Source: a virus
Taxonomy: Duplodnaviria > Heunggongvirae > Uroviricota > Caudoviricetes
DNA length: 8,955 bases
Strand: one strand, 5' to 3'
IMG/VR virus record: IMGVR_UViG_3300029214_000257
Location: 1 to 8,955 of that record
The translations under genes and the position numbers were made by a program. The notes under the pieces are model-generated. The model saw nothing but the letters and a program-made list of their open reading frames with translations, was not told the origin of the DNA and made no database searches. The stretch's first letter is position 1, and every line of letters starts with the position of its first letter. Below are positions 6,299-8,955 of this stretch, one piece after another.

Positions 6299-7816
6299 GT
6301 GAAATGTGGTGATTGTAATTGGAACTGGGATGAAGAAACTACCTTTATATTAGACGACGAAGAGGAAATTCTCTCCAAAGACAAACTTAATCGGAGACAC
6401 TATGCAGAATATCTATATTTTTATCTTAAGGAAAAGGGGCAAAAGAACAATACGGTAATCAACCTTAATGCAGAATGGGGAGCTGGTAAAAGTTTTTTCA
6501 TAAAGAGATTTTATAACTCAATAAAAGATGCACACCCATGCGTTTACATTGATGCCTGGAAGCAAGACTTTTCTGATGATGCATTTTTAACCCTTTTTTC
6601 TTCTTTGTCACAACAATTGCAAACATATGCAGGAAAACTTGATGCTCGATTGATACAAAGCGGCCATGCTATCGGACGCTTTACAAAAGGTGTTCTACCT
6701 GAAATCATATCTGGCCTAATCAAGACTTATGCAGGAGTAGATAACGTAGGTGATATAGCCAAAGAAGCCTCATTAATAATGCTGAAGGAACACCAGGAAA
6801 AACTGAAGAGCATTAAGGTATTAAAAAAAGAACTTACGTTATGGTCTAGGTTGGCATATGAAAATAGTTTTTCATGTCCTATATTTATCTTTATAGATGA
6901 ATTAGACAGATGCAGGCCAGATTATGCAATTTCTCTTTTAGAGATTGTTAAACATATATTCGATATTAAAAATTTTGTCTTTATTATTGCTACTGACACA
7001 GATCAATTACAACATTCAATCAAGAATGTTTACGGTAATGATTTTTCCGCAAATGACTATTTAGGCCGTTTTTTTCATAGAAGATTTACTTTAAAACAAC
7101 CTGAACTTAAAGATTTAATTAATGGTGTTGTTGGTGATTATATTGGTACCGAGTTTGAAAATATCACATCAAAAACATACCCACTAACCGCAACATTAGA
7201 AGACTTTTCAATAAATATTTCCAACGTATTTGAAGCATTTGGGTTAAATCTAAGAGACTCAATCCGAAATACTGAAAGGTTAATAGACATTCTTAAATCT
7301 GATTTAGTCAAAAAGAAAGTAGATTATATTTTTATAATTTCGCTAATGATTATATATGATAAGGATCGTCAAATTATAGATGGACTAATTGGTCGAAGAA
7401 ATGCAGCACAACGTTTCACTGATTCGATAAAGCAAAGCTCCAATTTAAAAGGTGTTTCTCAAGCCATCCTTGAATTAAATCTTGATACAAATCAGCAAAG
7501 AATAGGTGTCAATTATATCTATACAACGGCGAACAGTAGATTATTCATCTCACAGATCGAACCCAAAATAAGTTTAACATTAATAAATTACTTAGATGTT
7601 GCATTGTATTTTATCAATAATATAAACATACTTAAATCAAGTATAAAAAACAATGGGCAAAATTCACTAATGATTAAATCTAAACAAGGCCCTATTGATG
7701 GTGATACAGCTATAAAGTATTTGCAAGGAGCCCTTATAGAGAATGGACTGAATACATCTTTTTATGCCTTACATAATTACATTGAATTAATTGAACTGGC
7801 CACATCATTTGATTAA
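6299..7816 (+). CDS. KAP-family P-loop NTPase (PifA-like)
   Basis: 505-aa ORF with GTG start at 6299 and GGAG 9 nt upstream. Walker A EWGAGKS (G61-S65, nt 6479-6493). KAP-type Walker B IFIDELDRC (D200-C205, nt 6896-6913). Very AT-rich coding sequence. Starts 25 bp after the 307-aa ORF, so probably co-transcribed. Confidence 0.85.
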   Translation: MKCGDCNWNWDEETTFILDDEEEILSKDKLNRRHYAEYLYFYLKEKGQKNNTVINLNAEWGAGKSFFIKRFYNSIKDAHPCVYIDAWKQDFSDDAFLTLFSSLSQQLQTYAGKLDARLIQSGHAIGRFTKGVLPEIISGLIKTYAGVDNVGDIAKEASLIMLKEHQEKLKSIKVLKKELTLWSRLAYENSFSCPIFIFIDELDRCRPDYAISLLEIVKHIFDIKNFVFIIATDTDQLQHSIKNVYGNDFSANDYLGRFFHRRFTLKQPELKDLINGVVGDYIGTEFENITSKTYPLTATLEDFSINISNVFEAFGLNLRDSIRNTERLIDILKSDLVKKKVDYIFIISLMIIYDKDRQIIDGLIGRRNAAQRFTDSIKQSSNLKGVSQAILELNLDTNQQRIGVNYIYTTANSRLFISQIEPKISLTLINYLDVALYFINNINILKSSIKNNGQNSLMIKSKQGPIDGDTAIKYLQGALIENGLNTSFYALHNYIELIELATSFD

Positions 7817-7877
7817 AAGCATTGTTTGAATAAACTAAACCATACATTGACCACTGGTCAAACATACAGTTAAATTT

Positions 7878-7902
7878 AGCCCTCTGATATGAGGGCTTTA
7901 TT
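7878..7902 (+). terminator. stem-loop AGCCCTC-tgatat-GAGGGCT followed by TTTATT; terminator for the cargo operon and/or structure occluding the int ribosome-binding site
   Basis: 7-bp GC stem, about 60 nt after the KAP stop. The 3' arm GAGGG doubles as the int Shine-Dalgarno sequence, 7 nt upstream of ATG 7903. Confidence 0.4.
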
Positions 7903-8955
7903 ATGGCAGTACGAAAACTCACCACAGGAAAATGGCTTTGCGAATGTTACCCCGCCGGACGTAGTGGGCGTCGGGTGCGTAAACAATTCGCCACCAAAGG
8001 CGAAGCTCTGGCTTTTGAGCGCCACACGATGGAAGAAACCGAAGCAAAGCCCTGGCTGGGTGAATCAGTGGATCGTCGAACACTGAAAGACGTGGTTGAG
8101 CTATGGTTCAAACTACATGGTAAATCTCTGACAGCTGGGCAGCATGTCTATGACAAATTGCTGTTGATGGTTGACGCTCTGGGCAATCCTCTTGCAACCG
8201 ATCTCACCTCTAAAATGTTTGCCCACTATCGAGATAAACGCCTGACAGGCGAGATCTACTTCAGCGAGAAATGGAAGAAAGGAGCAAGCCCGGTCACCAT
8301 TAACCTGGAGCAAAGCTATCTAAGTAGTGTTTTTAGCGAACTATCCCGTCTGGGCGAATGGTCGTATCCGAACCCACTGGAGAACATGCGAAAATTCACC
8401 ATCGCAGAAAAAGAGATGGCATGGCTTACCCATGAGCAGATTGTTGAATTGCTGGCTGATTGCAAACGTCAGGACCCAATTCTGGCACTGGTAGTTAAGA
8501 TATGCTTAAGCACAGGCGCACGCTGGCGTGAAGCCGTAAATCTTACCCGCTCACAGGTGACCAAATACCGAATTACCTTTGTCAGAACGAAGGGGAAGAA
8601 AAACAGAAGCATCCCTATAAGTAAAGAGCTTTACGAAGAGATCATGGCGCTTGATGGGTTCAATTTCTTTACAGACTGCTATTTTCAATTTTTATCCGTG
8701 ATGGAAAAAACGTCTATCGTGCTCCCTCGCGGTCAACTCACACACGTTCTGCGCCATACGTTTGCGGCGCACTTCATGATGTCGGGTGGAAACATTCTGG
8801 CCTTACAAAAAATTCTCGGACACCACGATATAAAAATGACTATGCGTTACGCACATCTGGCACCGGATCATCTGGAAACGGCGCTCCGTTTCAATCCTCT
8901 GGCAACGCTGCCAAGTGGCGACAAAGTGGCGGCAGCGGTTGGCATTACCCCGTAA
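7903..8955 (+). CDS. int: P2-type tyrosine integrase
   Basis: 350 aa, alignable by eye with P2 Int (recalled): ICLSTGARWREA (Arg box), TFVRTKGKKNRSIPIS, HVLRHTFAAHFMMSGGNILALQKILGH, MRYAHL (catalytic Tyr). The 3' end overlaps the second 22-bp repeat. Confidence 0.9.
   Translation: MAVRKLTTGKWLCECYPAGRSGRRVRKQFATKGEALAFERHTMEETEAKPWLGESVDRRTLKDVVELWFKLHGKSLTAGQHVYDKLLLMVDALGNPLATDLTSKMFAHYRDKRLTGEIYFSEKWKKGASPVTINLEQSYLSSVFSELSRLGEWSYPNPLENMRKFTIAEKEMAWLTHEQIVELLADCKRQDPILALVVKICLSTGARWREAVNLTRSQVTKYRITFVRTKGKKNRSIPISKELYEEIMALDGFNFFTDCYFQFLSVMEKTSIVLPRGQLTHVLRHTFAAHFMMSGGNILALQKILGHHDIKMTMRYAHLAPDHLETALRFNPLATLPSGDKVAAAVGITP
8916..8937. repeat. 22-bp direct repeat copy 2 (candidate attL core): TGGCGACAAAGTGGCGGCAGCG
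   Basis: 21 of 22 identical to 2834-2855. Lies inside the last 14 codons of int, so the final 6 int codons (8938-8955) fall outside the repeat-bounded element. Confidence 0.55.

Larger units (their letters stand above)
2834..8937. mobile_element. degraded P2/186-like prophage remnant (ogr, D', pin', cII', apl, cI, cargo, int) bounded by 22-bp direct repeats
   Basis: P2-type gene order and orientation: D then ogr pointing to one att, int pointing to the other, divergent cI versus apl-cII switch. Flanking 22-bp direct repeats. No replication or structural genes present. Confidence 0.65.

Noticed and set aside
269-7900. Identical 7-bp stems (AGCCCTC/GAGGGCT followed by TTTA) in the grxA terminator and the int-upstream hairpin as evidence of a shared mobile or recombined element
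   Set aside because: The match is short and of a simple GC-rich terminator type; the loops and flanks differ. Most likely coincidence.
7734-8313. Short ORFs 7734-7925 (-), 7889-8086 (+) and 8113-8313 (-) around and inside int
   Set aside because: They overlap the KAP 3' end or the well-supported integrase in other frames. No independent support.
1-8955. CRISPR arrays, IS elements, rRNA or tRNA genes
   Set aside because: No regularly spaced short direct repeats, no transposase-like ORFs with terminal inverted repeats, and no rRNA- or tRNA-like segments seen anywhere in the window.

Overview
The window runs from a conserved Escherichia-type chromosomal segment (grxA, ybjM, ybjL; 1-2620) into a roughly 6.1 kb, heavily deleted P2/186-like prophage remnant (about 2834-8937, reaching the window end). 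The remnant is bracketed by an imperfect 22-bp direct repeat that fits attR/attL cores. It retains, on the minus strand, an ogr-like zinc-finger gene, a gpD C-terminal fragment fused in-line to a truncated Pin/Gin-type serine invertase, a truncated cII-like gene and an apl/cox-like gene; and on the plus strand a 186-type cI repressor and a complete P2-type tyrosine integrase. All replication and morphogenesis genes are missing. The most interesting part is a strongly AT-rich cargo between cI and int: a 307-aa CI paralogue with a tandemly duplicated helix-turn-helix domain, followed by a 505-aa KAP-family P-loop NTPase of the kind exemplified by F-plasmid PifA. I propose this pair as a candidate, apparently undescribed, phage-exclusion or abortive-infection module. 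All homology calls come from reading the translations and from memory of protein families; no database search or computation was run, and GC statements are hand counts on sample lines only.
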